A program made the position numbers and the translations under genes. This document shows positions 24,653-33,152 of a DNA stretch of 64,000 nt, one piece after another. Source of the DNA: Paludibacteraceae bacterium. Its GTDB lineage: Bacteria; Bacteroidota; Bacteroidia; Bacteroidales; Paludibacteraceae. The stretch spans positions 5,386 through 69,385 of the forward strand of contig JBKEBE010000006.1 of NCBI GenBank assembly GCA_047973025.1, given 5' to 3'. Within the stretch, counting starts at the first letter, position 1. Each line of letters starts with the position of its first letter. The notes beneath the pieces are model-generated. The model was not told the origin of the DNA. It made no database searches and saw only the letters and a list, made by a program, of their open reading frames with translations.

Positions 24653-24680
24653 TGGCTTTCAGCTCCGATAGTGGTTAAGG

Positions 24681-24700
24681 TATCTATCTATCTATCTATC
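24681..24700. repeat. Tetranucleotide microsatellite (TATC)x5
   Basis: Read directly from the sequence. It lies 29 nt after the permease stop. Confidence 0.95.
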
Positions 24701-24994
24701 TGTTTTGTTGCGTACTGTTTTAATTTAGTTATTGATTGATAATCAGTTGATAACAAATGTTTTGTGTTTACGACTTTTGGAAGTAGCATCTGTATCTCAA
24801 AAATAGCGACATCATCAACCTGTTACTGTTAGAACTATATTCCCGACTAATATTCTCTAAAAAAAGGGCTAATCGATAGGTAGATATTAACGAGTTAGGG
24901 TCAATGTAAAAAAAGAGAGCTCATCATATCAGCAGTAAAACATTTCTAAAAAATTTAAGAAAATTCATCAAAAAATAACTTGCAGACTAAAAAT

Positions 24995-25009
24995 TTATTA
25001 TTATTATTA
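24995..25009. repeat. Trinucleotide microsatellite (TTA)x5
   Basis: Read directly from the sequence. Confidence 0.9.
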
Positions 25010-25036
25010 TTTTTGTTGCTTATAATCAACAAAAGA

Positions 25037-25095
25037 ATTTAATATAACTCAGAAATCCACCTTCATAGAAAGTGGATTTCTGAGTTATATTAAAT
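25037..25095 (-). terminator. 24-bp perfect inverted repeat with an 11-nt loop, downstream of the HTH/small-ORF pair
   Basis: atttaatataactcagaaatccac, then cttcatagaaa, then gtggatttctgagttatattaaat. On the minus strand it is followed by tcttttgttg. Confidence 0.5.
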
Positions 25096-25099
25096 CTGA

Positions 25100-25243
25100 T
25101 TATACAGCTTCGTGAATATTGTTTATAGGTCTTGATGAACGTATCATAGCTTCTTTAGCTTTCATACCTCCTTCAAGAATTGAAGATTCAATTAATTCTT
25201 TAAAATTATCGACAGCTTGTTGAATTGTTATCAAATTTGTCAT
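25100..25243 (-). CDS. 47-codon ORF overlapping the 3' end of the HTH gene. It may be a small protein or the stump of a lost downstream gene.
   Basis: The product is MTNLITIQQAVDNFKELIESSILEGGMKAKEAMIRSSRPINNIHEAV. It overlaps the HTH gene by 38 nt and ends 4 nt before the big hairpin. It is absent from the >=60-aa ORF track. Confidence 0.3.
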   Translation of the reverse strand: MTNLITIQQAVDNFKELIESSILEGGMKAKEAMIRSSRPINNIHEAV

Positions 25244-25445
25244 TATTAAAAAATTCTTTTAAGGAAAATCCAAGTGCGTTTGAGACCTTTTCAATATTTA
25301 CAATCGAAATATTTCGTTGACCATTTTCAACACTTGCAATATAACTTCTGTCTAAATCGGCAGTATAAGCCAAGTCTTTTTGAGACATTTTTTTTATCTC
25401 TCTTAACTCTTTTATTCTTAACCCGATTTTAGATTTTGCATTCAT
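25206..25445 (-). CDS. XRE-family HTH regulator resembling restriction-modification controller (C) proteins
   Basis: 79 aa. The pattern LRIKELREIKKMSQKDLAYTADLDRSYIASVENGQRNISIVNIEKVSNALG follows the typical C-protein/XRE layout. Confidence 0.7.
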   Translation of the reverse strand: MNAKSKIGLRIKELREIKKMSQKDLAYTADLDRSYIASVENGQRNISIVNIEKVSNALGFSLKEFFNNDKFDNNSTSCR

Positions 25446-25467
25446 ACTGCAAAGATTACATTTTGTT

Positions 25468-25490
25468 GACTATAAGCCAAAGACTATAAG
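25468..25490. promoter_or_regulatory. Direct repeat GACTATAAG x2 upstream of the HTH gene, a candidate operator
   Basis: Exact 9-mers at 25468-25476 and 25482-25490 with a 14-bp period, 23-45 nt upstream of the ATG at 25445. Confidence 0.35.
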
Positions 25491-25601
25491 TAACATCTCG
25501 ATATTGTTCTAAAAAAAATGATTACTTTTGAAAAGATAAACAAGAAAAGCACATACACTCAACGTCAGCTATATGCAATAGCGGCTTTAAGCTAATTGTA
25601 T

Positions 25602-25682
25602 AAGTTCTGCATCCCGCTCAAACTACGCAGCGGCTTGACAGGAAACTACCCCGAAATCTGCCACTACTCATACAATTTACTG
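25602..25682 (+). repeat. Left copy of the ~81-bp direct repeat bracketing fic
   Basis: aagttctgcatcccgctcaaactacgcagcggcttgacaggaaactaccccgaaatctgccactactcatacaatttac.. It has about 4 mismatches to the right copy. Both copies are preceded by ttgtataagt. Confidence 0.9.
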
Positions 25683-25776
25683 TTAGAACCAATGGAACGG
25701 ATGCGGAGAATAAAGGCGTTAATCTCCTTAAATATGCAGGGAAAAATTATTATATTTGTCGCAAATTTAATTTGAT

Positions 25777-26874
25777 ATGGCAAAATACATCTATCAATAC
25801 AGCAATTGGCCCAATTTCACTTGGGATGAAAAAGAAATTCAAGGACTTTTAGGAAAAGTTCGACATTTACAAGGAAAACTTTTCGGACAAATGAGTACAC
25901 TTGGATTTTCTATAAAAGAAGAAACGATGCTTTCTACTTTGACTCTTGACGTATTAAAATCATCTGAGATTGAAGGAGAAATTTTAAATTATCAGCAAGT
26001 TCGCTCGTCAATTGCTCGAAAATTAGGAATAGATTATGCAGGTATGGTTTATTCCGATAGAGATGTTGAAGGTGTTGTTGAAATGATGCTTGACGCTACC
26101 CAAAATTATCTCAACAACTTAGATGATGAAAGATTATTTGGTTGGCACGCCGCACTTTTTCCAACAGGTAGAAGCGGAATGTTTAAAATAGATGTTGCTT
26201 GTTATCGTAGTGGCGAAATGCAAGTTGTTTCAGGTGCAATGGGTAAAGAGAAAATCCATTATCAAGCACCACCTCCATCTGAAGTAAAATTTGAAATGGA
26301 TAGATTCCTTGAGTGGTTTGAGAATGAAAATAAATTAGATTTAGTAATTAAATCAGCAATTGCCCACTTTTGGTTTATTATCATACATCCTTTTGATGAT
26401 GGTAATGGGCGCATAGCAAGAGCTATTTCAGACTTACTGCTTGCTCGTTCAGATGAAAGTTCACAAAGATTTTATAGTTTATCCAATCAAATACTGAACG
26501 ATAGAAAGGTATATTATGAAATACTAAAAAAAACTCAATTTAGTGATGGAGAAATCACTGAATGGTTAGTTTGGTATTTGAATTGCCTTTACAGAGCATT
26601 ACAAAGTTCAACAGATTCAATTCAAAAAGTGCTTCATAAAACCGAATTCTGGGATAAGCATAAAGAGACGGCTTTAAATGCGCGTCAAAGATTAATGATT
26701 AATAAGTTATTTGATGGTTTTGAAGGCAAATTAAAATCTTCAAAATGGGCAAAAATCACAAAAAGCTCTTCTGATACAGCATTAAGAGATATTAAAGATT
26801 TAATTGATAAAGGAATATTGAAACAAGAAGAATCAGGTGGAAGAAGCACAAACTATGAATTAAATGAATTTTAA
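25777..26874 (+). CDS. fic: Fic/DOC family protein (N-terminal DUF4172-like, Fic core, C-terminal wHTH-like)
   Basis: 365 aa with the Fic motif HPFDDGNGRIARA. An upstream SSEIEG matches the (S/T)xxxE(G/N) auto-inhibitory helix motif. Confidence 0.9.
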   Translation: MAKYIYQYSNWPNFTWDEKEIQGLLGKVRHLQGKLFGQMSTLGFSIKEETMLSTLTLDVLKSSEIEGEILNYQQVRSSIARKLGIDYAGMVYSDRDVEGVVEMMLDATQNYLNNLDDERLFGWHAALFPTGRSGMFKIDVACYRSGEMQVVSGAMGKEKIHYQAPPPSEVKFEMDRFLEWFENENKLDLVIKSAIAHFWFIIIHPFDDGNGRIARAISDLLLARSDESSQRFYSLSNQILNDRKVYYEILKKTQFSDGEITEWLVWYLNCLYRALQSSTDSIQKVLHKTEFWDKHKETALNARQRLMINKLFDGFEGKLKSSKWAKITKSSSDTALRDIKDLIDKGILKQEESGGRSTNYELNEF

Positions 26875-26929
26875 CCACTGGGTACACACACATTTTGTAT
26901 AAGTAATGGCAAGGAAAGTGCTAAATATC

Positions 26930-27010
26930 AAGTTCTGCATCCCGCTCAAACTACGCAGCGGCTTGACACGAAACTACCCCGCAATCTGGCATTACTCATA
27001 CAATTTACCG
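26930..27010 (+). repeat. Right copy of the ~81-bp direct repeat bracketing fic
   Basis: It aligns base for base with 25602-25682 apart from about 4 substitutions. Relative to the left copy, an extra ~27 nt follows the shared ttgtataagt. Confidence 0.9.
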
Positions 27011-27386
27011 GTCAAACGGTCTAAAAAACCACTTCCAATTATTTTCATTTTTTCCCTAATATTTCTCCCCTCGAAATTTGCCATTTCACATCGCCGATTT
27101 TTCCCCTTTCCACATAGCGGCTTAAAATGATTGGTGTGAAACAATATTTACTATCTTTACAGCAAAGAGCAAGTTTTTAGACGGACTGCCGTTAGGGGCA
27201 AGTGAAAGAAACTAGCTGTTTAGTTGATTAAATGTAGTACCTTAATAATTTTAGATGAATTTGCCCATCCACCTGTGGAGAGAGACGAAGTATATGTGGA
27301 AATCTTTGAATAGGCAGATAAATCCGCAAGGAATAGGAAAACGGCAATAAGGAATACAAGGAAATCCATAAAGTACGCTCAAGGAG

Positions 27387-27442
27387 CCATAAGGAACACA
27401 CGAGAAGCCATAAGCCATAAGGAATAGACGAGAAGCCGTAAG
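27387..27442. repeat. 28-nt tandem duplication within a wider AAGGA-rich degenerate repeat tract (~27325-27445)
   Basis: ccataaggaacacacgagaagccataag and ccataaggaatagacgagaagccgtaag match at 25 of 28 positions. Confidence 0.85.
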
Positions 27443-27587
27443 GAGTTCGAAATAATTCAAATTATTAACCAGGCGGGTTAATAACGACATTTTTTGCGTG
27501 TCAAAGTATTCATAAACAGCTATTTGTGTAGAATAATATCACGTTATATTAGTGTCGGGTTAATATTAACTTAAAATATATTTTTTT

Positions 27588-28244
27588 ATGCCAACAAATC
27601 GAACATTAACCGAAGCCGAAACCCTAGAACAGTACAGAGTTTCATTAGACAACGTTGAAAACCAGTCAGAAATCGCTACAATCATGGCAGCACTCGGATA
27701 CAACACCGAAACCATTGGATAGGGAAAAGCCTTATTAGCAGAAACAAGACAAGCCTATGATGCAAACAAGACCGAAGACGATGAGACCTCAGAAGCATAC
27801 GGCAAATTCTCGGATTTAAAGGCACAACTTGAAGAAACATATTCACTACACCGTAAAAAAGCAAAAGTAGTATTCAGAAACGATGCGCTTATACTGGATA
27901 AGTTAGCCGTTTCAGGTAGTTTACCAAAAGCATATGTAAAATGATTGGAGACAACTAAGAAATTTTACAGCATAGCATCAACCGATGCTGATTTACAAAG
28001 CAAACTGGCAAGATTAAAGATTACAACCGACGATTTAACCGCCGCCGGCACCTCGATAACTCAACTCGAAGCAGCAAGAGCAGATTATTTAAGAGAAAAA
28101 GGAGAATCACAAGACGCAACAAAAGCCAAAGACGCAGCCTTTGCAAAGATGGATGATTGGATGAGCGAGTTCTACGCAGTCGCACGGATTGGATTAGAAG
28201 ATAATCCACAGCTATTAGAAGCATTAGGAAAAGTAGTTAGATAA
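27588..28244 (+). pseudogene. Hypothetical gene disrupted by two in-frame stop codons
   Basis: A single frame runs from ATG 27588 to TAA 28242-28244. It is interrupted only by TAG at 27720-27722 and TGA at 27942-27944. The sequence looks protein-like throughout. Confidence 0.6.
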
Positions 28245-28362
28245 TAACAAGAAAAGCCCGCCCTATTTGTAAGCACATTGGCAAGACACACAAGCCACGC
28301 TCTGACATGAGTACGAAATAAATAGAAAAACAGGATACAGTTAATCTCTACCGATTTTTTTT

Positions 28363-28406
28363 AATGTCTCAACTTCTACAAACCGGAAGTTGAGACATTT
28401 TCTTCA
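28363..28406 (+). terminator. 14-bp perfect stem-loop followed by a T-rich tract
   Basis: aatgtctcaacttc, a 9-nt loop, gaagttgagacatt, then tttcttc. Confidence 0.55.
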
Positions 28407-28450
28407 TACCCTTATGACAAGATAATGCATGAACAAGACAGCCTCAATCC

Positions 28451-28468
28451 ACACACACACACACACAC
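28451..28468. repeat. Dinucleotide microsatellite (AC)x9
   Basis: Read directly from the sequence. It lies ~160 nt upstream of the lipoprotein ATG at 28627. Confidence 0.95.
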
Positions 28469-28626
28469 ATTATACCATTGTCCCGATTACGTTGCATTCG
28501 CCGAAAAATACGACATTCTACGTATTGTACGCTTATCATTTCTTTTGGACTTTTGCAACATGCGTTTTGCCCTACAAACCAAGCAATACCCACGGTAAAA
28601 TCAATAATTATATTAACAACAAACTC

Positions 28627-29403
28627 ATGAAAAAAAATCTTTACTTTATGCTGACAGTCTTGGTAGCTGCCGCAATCCTTGTAAGCTGTGAAACCAACGA
28701 CCCGGATGCCGATAAAAAAACCGAAACGATCGATCCCATCAAGACTTTTTCAAACTTAGATGGCGCGGGAGTGATGGTTGCAACAAAATCATACGTAAAA
28801 GCTCCATCGGCAACCGGCGGGATTCCGGGCATGGGGGATATCGATTTGGATATAGAAGTAGGTACCGCCGTGGCTGTTTTTGGCGACTTAAAGAACGGGA
28901 CATATAACGATGTGGGAGAAGTTAGCTTATCCATCAATTCACAACAATACCCCTTAAAAAAACAATCAAACAATTCATACGTCAGTACACCCGGTTTGAC
29001 CGATCCACAGGGTATCGTGTTCGACGGAAGCACCCCTTTTTGGGAGGTGCCAAACCTTAATTTCGGCAAAAGCTCATATTATCAATTCCCGAACAAGCCC
29101 GTCATTACCTCCGAAAAAACCATCACAAAATCCGAAGGTTATACTTTCAGCATTTCGGGAAGCAGCATGGGCGACAGTATTATTTACATCATTGCATCAG
29201 AAAACAATTATGTTACCAAAACAAAAGCTCCACAAACAAACAACAGCGTATCCTTTACCGCGTCGGAGTTATCCAAACTTAAAGCATCAGAATATGCGCT
29301 AATACAAGTAACAACATACAGAATAAGGAAACAAACGGTAGAAAATAAGGATTATTTTATGATTAATCAAGTGGTTGTAAGTGAATATGCAGAAGTGAAA
29401 TAA
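28627..29403 (+). CDS. Surface/periplasmic lipoprotein, hypothetical
   Basis: 258 aa from ATG 28627 with a signal peptide and lipobox (AAILVSC). Confidence 0.6.
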   Translation: MKKNLYFMLTVLVAAAILVSCETNDPDADKKTETIDPIKTFSNLDGAGVMVATKSYVKAPSATGGIPGMGDIDLDIEVGTAVAVFGDLKNGTYNDVGEVSLSINSQQYPLKKQSNNSYVSTPGLTDPQGIVFDGSTPFWEVPNLNFGKSSYYQFPNKPVITSEKTITKSEGYTFSISGSSMGDSIIYIIASENNYVTKTKAPQTNNSVSFTASELSKLKASEYALIQVTTYRIRKQTVENKDYFMINQVVVSEYAEVK

Positions 29404-29463
29404 ATTCAATCCAATTGGAACAAGTTATATAGCAAACATCAATAACAATTAAAAGCAAACAAA

Positions 29464-29970
29464 ATGAAACAACAATTTTTCTTTCTAACAGTATTTCTTT
29501 TATTTACAACACAAGTTGCTATTTCTCAAGTGGCTTATGAAAAAGGCGATAAAATAGGTCAAATAGGCATAGGATTAGGCTCCGGTATAGGATTGCCCAT
29601 AAATGTAGGATATGAAGTCGGCATAACCGAAAAAATAAGTGTGGGCGGAACAGTTGGTTTTGCCTCTCACAGCATACCGTCATTTGGAGGTAATGTATCG
29701 ATAATGTATATTCCCGTCGGAGCAAAAGGAGCTTACCACTTCTATGTAACCGACAACATTGATGCCTACGGAGGCGCCGTATTGGGATATTTGGTTGCAT
29801 CTGCAAACTATCCCGCTAATTATAGCTGGGCTAAGACAAACTACGGCAGTGTCATGTATGGAGGCTATCTGGGCGGAAGATATTATTTCACGCCCTCTCT
29901 GGGAGCTTTTGCCGAAATAGGTTATACATCGCTCGGCTATTTGTCTGTCGGATTGTCCTATAAATTCTGA
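29464..29970 (+). CDS. Small outer-membrane beta-barrel protein
   Basis: 168 aa with a signal peptide, Gly/aromatic-rich alternating strands and a C-terminal ..LSYKF. Confidence 0.6.
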   Translation: MKQQFFFLTVFLLFTTQVAISQVAYEKGDKIGQIGIGLGSGIGLPINVGYEVGITEKISVGGTVGFASHSIPSFGGNVSIMYIPVGAKGAYHFYVTDNIDAYGGAVLGYLVASANYPANYSWAKTNYGSVMYGGYLGGRYYFTPSLGAFAEIGYTSLGYLSVGLSYKF

Positions 29971-30031
29971 TTTCAAGTACAATAAAAAAATGACGACGGC
30001 TCCCGAGCCTTTTTGTTTATTTAATCTTCGT

Positions 30032-30067
30032 AAAAGTCAAGTTCTCTTGACTTTTATTTTTTTGTTA
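30032..30067 (+). terminator. Rho-independent terminator
   Basis: aaaagtcaag - ttct - cttgactttt followed by atttttttt. Confidence 0.65.
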
Positions 30068-30122
30068 ATTTTCAACATTACGCTTCAGTAGTATCGACCA
30101 AAAGCGTGTACCAAACACATCA

Positions 30123-31184
30123 TCATCGTAGCAAATTGATATGCCCCTTTAGTTGATAATTTCTTCCGTCAGACCCCTTCGCACGAATTATGTAAAAATA
30201 AGTGCCGGTCGGAGCCGGTTTGCCACCAATTGTTCCATCCCAACCCGTTTGTGGATTTGACCATTTGTACACGGATCTACCCCAACGATTTACAACCGTA
30301 GCGTTGAATTCGACTATCGAAGTGTAAGCTACACGAAACTCGTCGTTGTTCCCGTCGCCATTCGGCGTGAAAACCTTAGGTACAGAAATATTAGATTCAG
30401 AAACCGATATATCCAATGAGTCAGAAGCCGTTTTTTGTGCGTTGCTTACCCGGAGTCGTATTTTGTATTTTCCTGTCTCTGTAAAAGTGTATTGGTGATC
30501 TTGTTCGTTACGAGTTATAATCAAAGAGCCGTCTTTATAAATCTGCCACAGATAATTTTGTACATTTCCGGTAGGATTGCTGTAAAAATCGATACGCAAA
30601 GGTGCTGAACCTTCTAACGTCGTATTTGACGGACGTTGATTCTCGTTTGTCGAATCTCGGGCAAGTGTTGTGGTAGAAATCTTACAACCAATTTCTTCCA
30701 TTACCGGTTCTTCGTAAAAATCTTGTTTTATTGAACTCGGAAGATTGGACTGATTGGAGATATTATGCTTCTTCTCTTTTATTTCATCCAAAGGGAATTG
30801 TTTTCCGGAAGGATTTTGGCATATAAGGTTAAGTAAATTGCTTTCTTTACGTAAATCAAAAACCCAAAAAAAAGTTTCGTTTCCATCGACGCTAACAATG
30901 TATCCCGCATTATTTTTGGGATCGATGTACGTTTCTGTATCGGATAGCTTCGAGAAATCGGTCAACTCTTTTTTTATCCCATCCCCAAAAGTAAACCAAC
31001 GAACATTGACATGGGGGGAGATTGATTTAAAATGAATCTCGCAGGAATTATCAATTTTTGAAAATAAAATAACTTTTCCGTCCTCATCATAGGGTAGTTG
31101 AGAATGCGCACCCTGTATGAACAATTGAGCAGAAGTGCCTAACGTTATTAAACTTAAAATCGCATAAATGAGAATTCTTTTCAT
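30123..31184 (-). CDS. Secreted PKD-domain protein with a T9SS type B (gliding-motility-associated) C-terminal sorting domain
   Basis: The C-terminus reads VFTPNGDGNNDEF...VVNRWGRSVY...WDGTIGGKPAPTGTYFYII. A PKD-like segment lies upstream. The start is taken at MKRILIYAIL. Confidence 0.7.
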   Translation of the reverse strand: MKRILIYAILSLITLGTSAQLFIQGAHSQLPYDEDGKVILFSKIDNSCEIHFKSISPHVNVRWFTFGDGIKKELTDFSKLSDTETYIDPKNNAGYIVSVDGNETFFWVFDLRKESNLLNLICQNPSGKQFPLDEIKEKKHNISNQSNLPSSIKQDFYEEPVMEEIGCKISTTTLARDSTNENQRPSNTTLEGSAPLRIDFYSNPTGNVQNYLWQIYKDGSLIITRNEQDHQYTFTETGKYKIRLRVSNAQKTASDSLDISVSESNISVPKVFTPNGDGNNDEFRVAYTSIVEFNATVVNRWGRSVYKWSNPQTGWDGTIGGKPAPTGTYFYIIRAKGSDGRNYQLKGHINLLR

Positions 31185-31331
31185 TGCTTTCGTAAACATG
31201 CTTCGAATAGTAATCATTACAATTTCATAAACAAAAAAATGGCTTATTTATTGTTGTTGATATCCGGTCAATCTATAATTTTTAGTACATTTGCACTATT
31301 ATTGTTCCTGAAATATGAAAAATATCAGATT

Positions 31332-33152
31332 ATGAAGAATAAGTTTCTCCGGCTACTGTTGTTTATTTTTTTCTGCACTACCCAATTCGTTGACGCGCAG
31401 CAACCCAATTATCCGATAAAAACCATAGACGGTATCGAGTATTATATATACACGGTTGAAGCCGGCGAAGGATTATACGCAATCAGCCGTCGATTCGGCG
31501 TTACCCAAGCTGATATTAATAATGTAAATCCGCAAATTCACGATGGTCTAAAGTCCGGGACAGAAATCTTAATTCCGAAAAAAGATGAGAAAATCTCTTC
31601 CAATTCTGTTGTGCTGGCAGAAAATGTAGAATTTGTGCTGCATACGGTACAACGTCGCCAAACCATGTTTGCCATTAGTAGAAAATACAACGTAACCCAG
31701 GATGCTATCATCAAATCAAATCCACAAATCCAAAATCGCGGTATTCAGCCCGGAGACGTACTTCGTATTCCGGTCGTAAAAAAAACAACTCCTCCTACTA
31801 CCAAAACCAAGGCAACGAATAACAAACCTGCGACATCCCGCACCGGAAACGAAGACACTCGACAAACTTTACATATTGGTGCTGACAATACCTATATCAC
31901 GCATCAAGTAGTTTCCGGTGAGACACTTTCTTCTATCGGTAGAAAGTACAATGTGAGTGTAAATGAACTGAAACGATTAAATCCGGAAAGTGCAGATGAG
32001 CTGCCAATCGGAGTTGTTTTGAAAGTACCATTCCCATCAAACAATTCAAATACTGCAACACCTGCTATTTTAACCCAATCTAAACCGAATGCCACGTCTC
32101 CCGCGAAACCAAATCTGACACTAAAAACAAAATATAAAATCGCTTATTTACTGCCTTTCTTGGCGGAAGAAAAAAACGACCCGACTGCCGATAAGTTTAT
32201 CGAATTTTACATGGGATCCTTATTGGCTATTAATAACGCCAAAAATAGCGATTTAGAATTTGAAATATTAGCCTTTGACACCGAAAAAACGGAAACCAAA
32301 TTATTCGAGATTATCAACAAACCCGAACTTCAAAAAGTTGATTTGATTATCGGACCTGCTTATACTGCTCAAATCCCTATTTTAGTGGACTTTGCAAAAC
32401 GTCGTAAGATTCATGCAATTATCCCTTTTAGCTCAAAAGCAAAGTACATGGATGATAATCCCTATCTATTCCAATTTAATCCGGATCAAGCAATTCAAAA
32501 CGATTTCGCGGTTGATCTTTTTACGAATAATTTTAAGCATTCAAATATCATTCTGGTCGAAACCGGAAATACGAATTGGTCTGATGACGGAACCGACTAT
32601 TTTACGTCGCTTAAGCAACAATTCGATCGTCAAAAAATAAATTATAATTTCGTCAAAAACGCACAGCTAAATGTCGATTGGAATATCTATTTGGCTTCGA
32701 ATAAAAATAACATTATTATTTTTGATGCAGAAGATTTTAAACCTGTAAGTAGTTATATGTCTGTTTTGTACGATTTTGGTGCAAAATACGACATCGCTGT
32801 TTTGGGACAGTATTCTTGGCGTGGTCAAACCGGTAAAAAGCCAAAGATGTACTACATGGTACCCTTCGCGGGAAACAAATTTGGAACACAATTCTATGAG
32901 CAGGAATTTAAGAAATACTACAAAAACATAATGCCGATTACGAATCCTCGCTACGATTTGCTCGGATACGATATTACAACCTATTTTCTTTCAACGATGC
33001 GTAGAACCGGTTTTACATTCAATAGCACTACACAGGTGTTGAATTTTACGAACGGCGTACAATCTGATTTTGAATTCAAACGTACCAACCGCAATGGTGG
33101 ATTTGTTAACCATAAACTCTACCTGATTAAAGATGAAGCAACATCGAAATAG
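31332..33152 (+). CDS. Protein with three LysM domains and a periplasmic-binding-protein-like C-terminal region
   Basis: There are three LysM repeats (YTVEAGEGLYAISRRFGV.., HTVQRRQTMFAISRKYNV.., HQVVSGETLSSIGRKYNV..). A signal peptide follows ATG 31332. Confidence 0.7.
   Translation: MKNKFLRLLLFIFFCTTQFVDAQQPNYPIKTIDGIEYYIYTVEAGEGLYAISRRFGVTQADINNVNPQIHDGLKSGTEILIPKKDEKISSNSVVLAENVEFVLHTVQRRQTMFAISRKYNVTQDAIIKSNPQIQNRGIQPGDVLRIPVVKKTTPPTTKTKATNNKPATSRTGNEDTRQTLHIGADNTYITHQVVSGETLSSIGRKYNVSVNELKRLNPESADELPIGVVLKVPFPSNNSNTATPAILTQSKPNATSPAKPNLTLKTKYKIAYLLPFLAEEKNDPTADKFIEFYMGSLLAINNAKNSDLEFEILAFDTEKTETKLFEIINKPELQKVDLIIGPAYTAQIPILVDFAKRRKIHAIIPFSSKAKYMDDNPYLFQFNPDQAIQNDFAVDLFTNNFKHSNIILVETGNTNWSDDGTDYFTSLKQQFDRQKINYNFVKNAQLNVDWNIYLASNKNNIIIFDAEDFKPVSSYMSVLYDFGAKYDIAVLGQYSWRGQTGKKPKMYYMVPFAGNKFGTQFYEQEFKKYYKNIMPITNPRYDLLGYDITTYFLSTMRRTGFTFNSTTQVLNFTNGVQSDFEFKRTNRNGGFVNHKLYLIKDEATSK

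Noticed and set aside
25602-27010. The fic-flanking repeats as integron attC sites, with fic as an integron cassette.
   Set aside because: No integron integrase is present in the window. I could not find the RYYYAAC/GTTRRRY core pair or the extended imperfect palindrome expected of attC. They are kept only as direct repeats.
27387-27442. The 28-nt repeats as a CRISPR array.
   Set aside because: There are only two directly abutting copies with no spacers, and no cas genes. This is a tandem duplication.
27588-28244. Stop-codon reassignment, or selenocysteine/pyrrolysine decoding of the in-frame TGA/TAG.
   Set aside because: TAG and TGA terminate many well-supported neighbouring genes. Examples are TAG at the DUF2188 gene and pcfJ, and TGA at traN and the DUF58 gene. 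There is no reason to expect recoding in an uncharacterised islet gene, so a pseudogene is the simpler reading.
28429-28626. A 66-aa N-terminal extension of the lipoprotein ORF, including HTHTHTH.
   Set aside because: The His-Thr run is the translated (AC)9 microsatellite. The internal ATG at 28627 is followed by a canonical signal peptide and lipobox.
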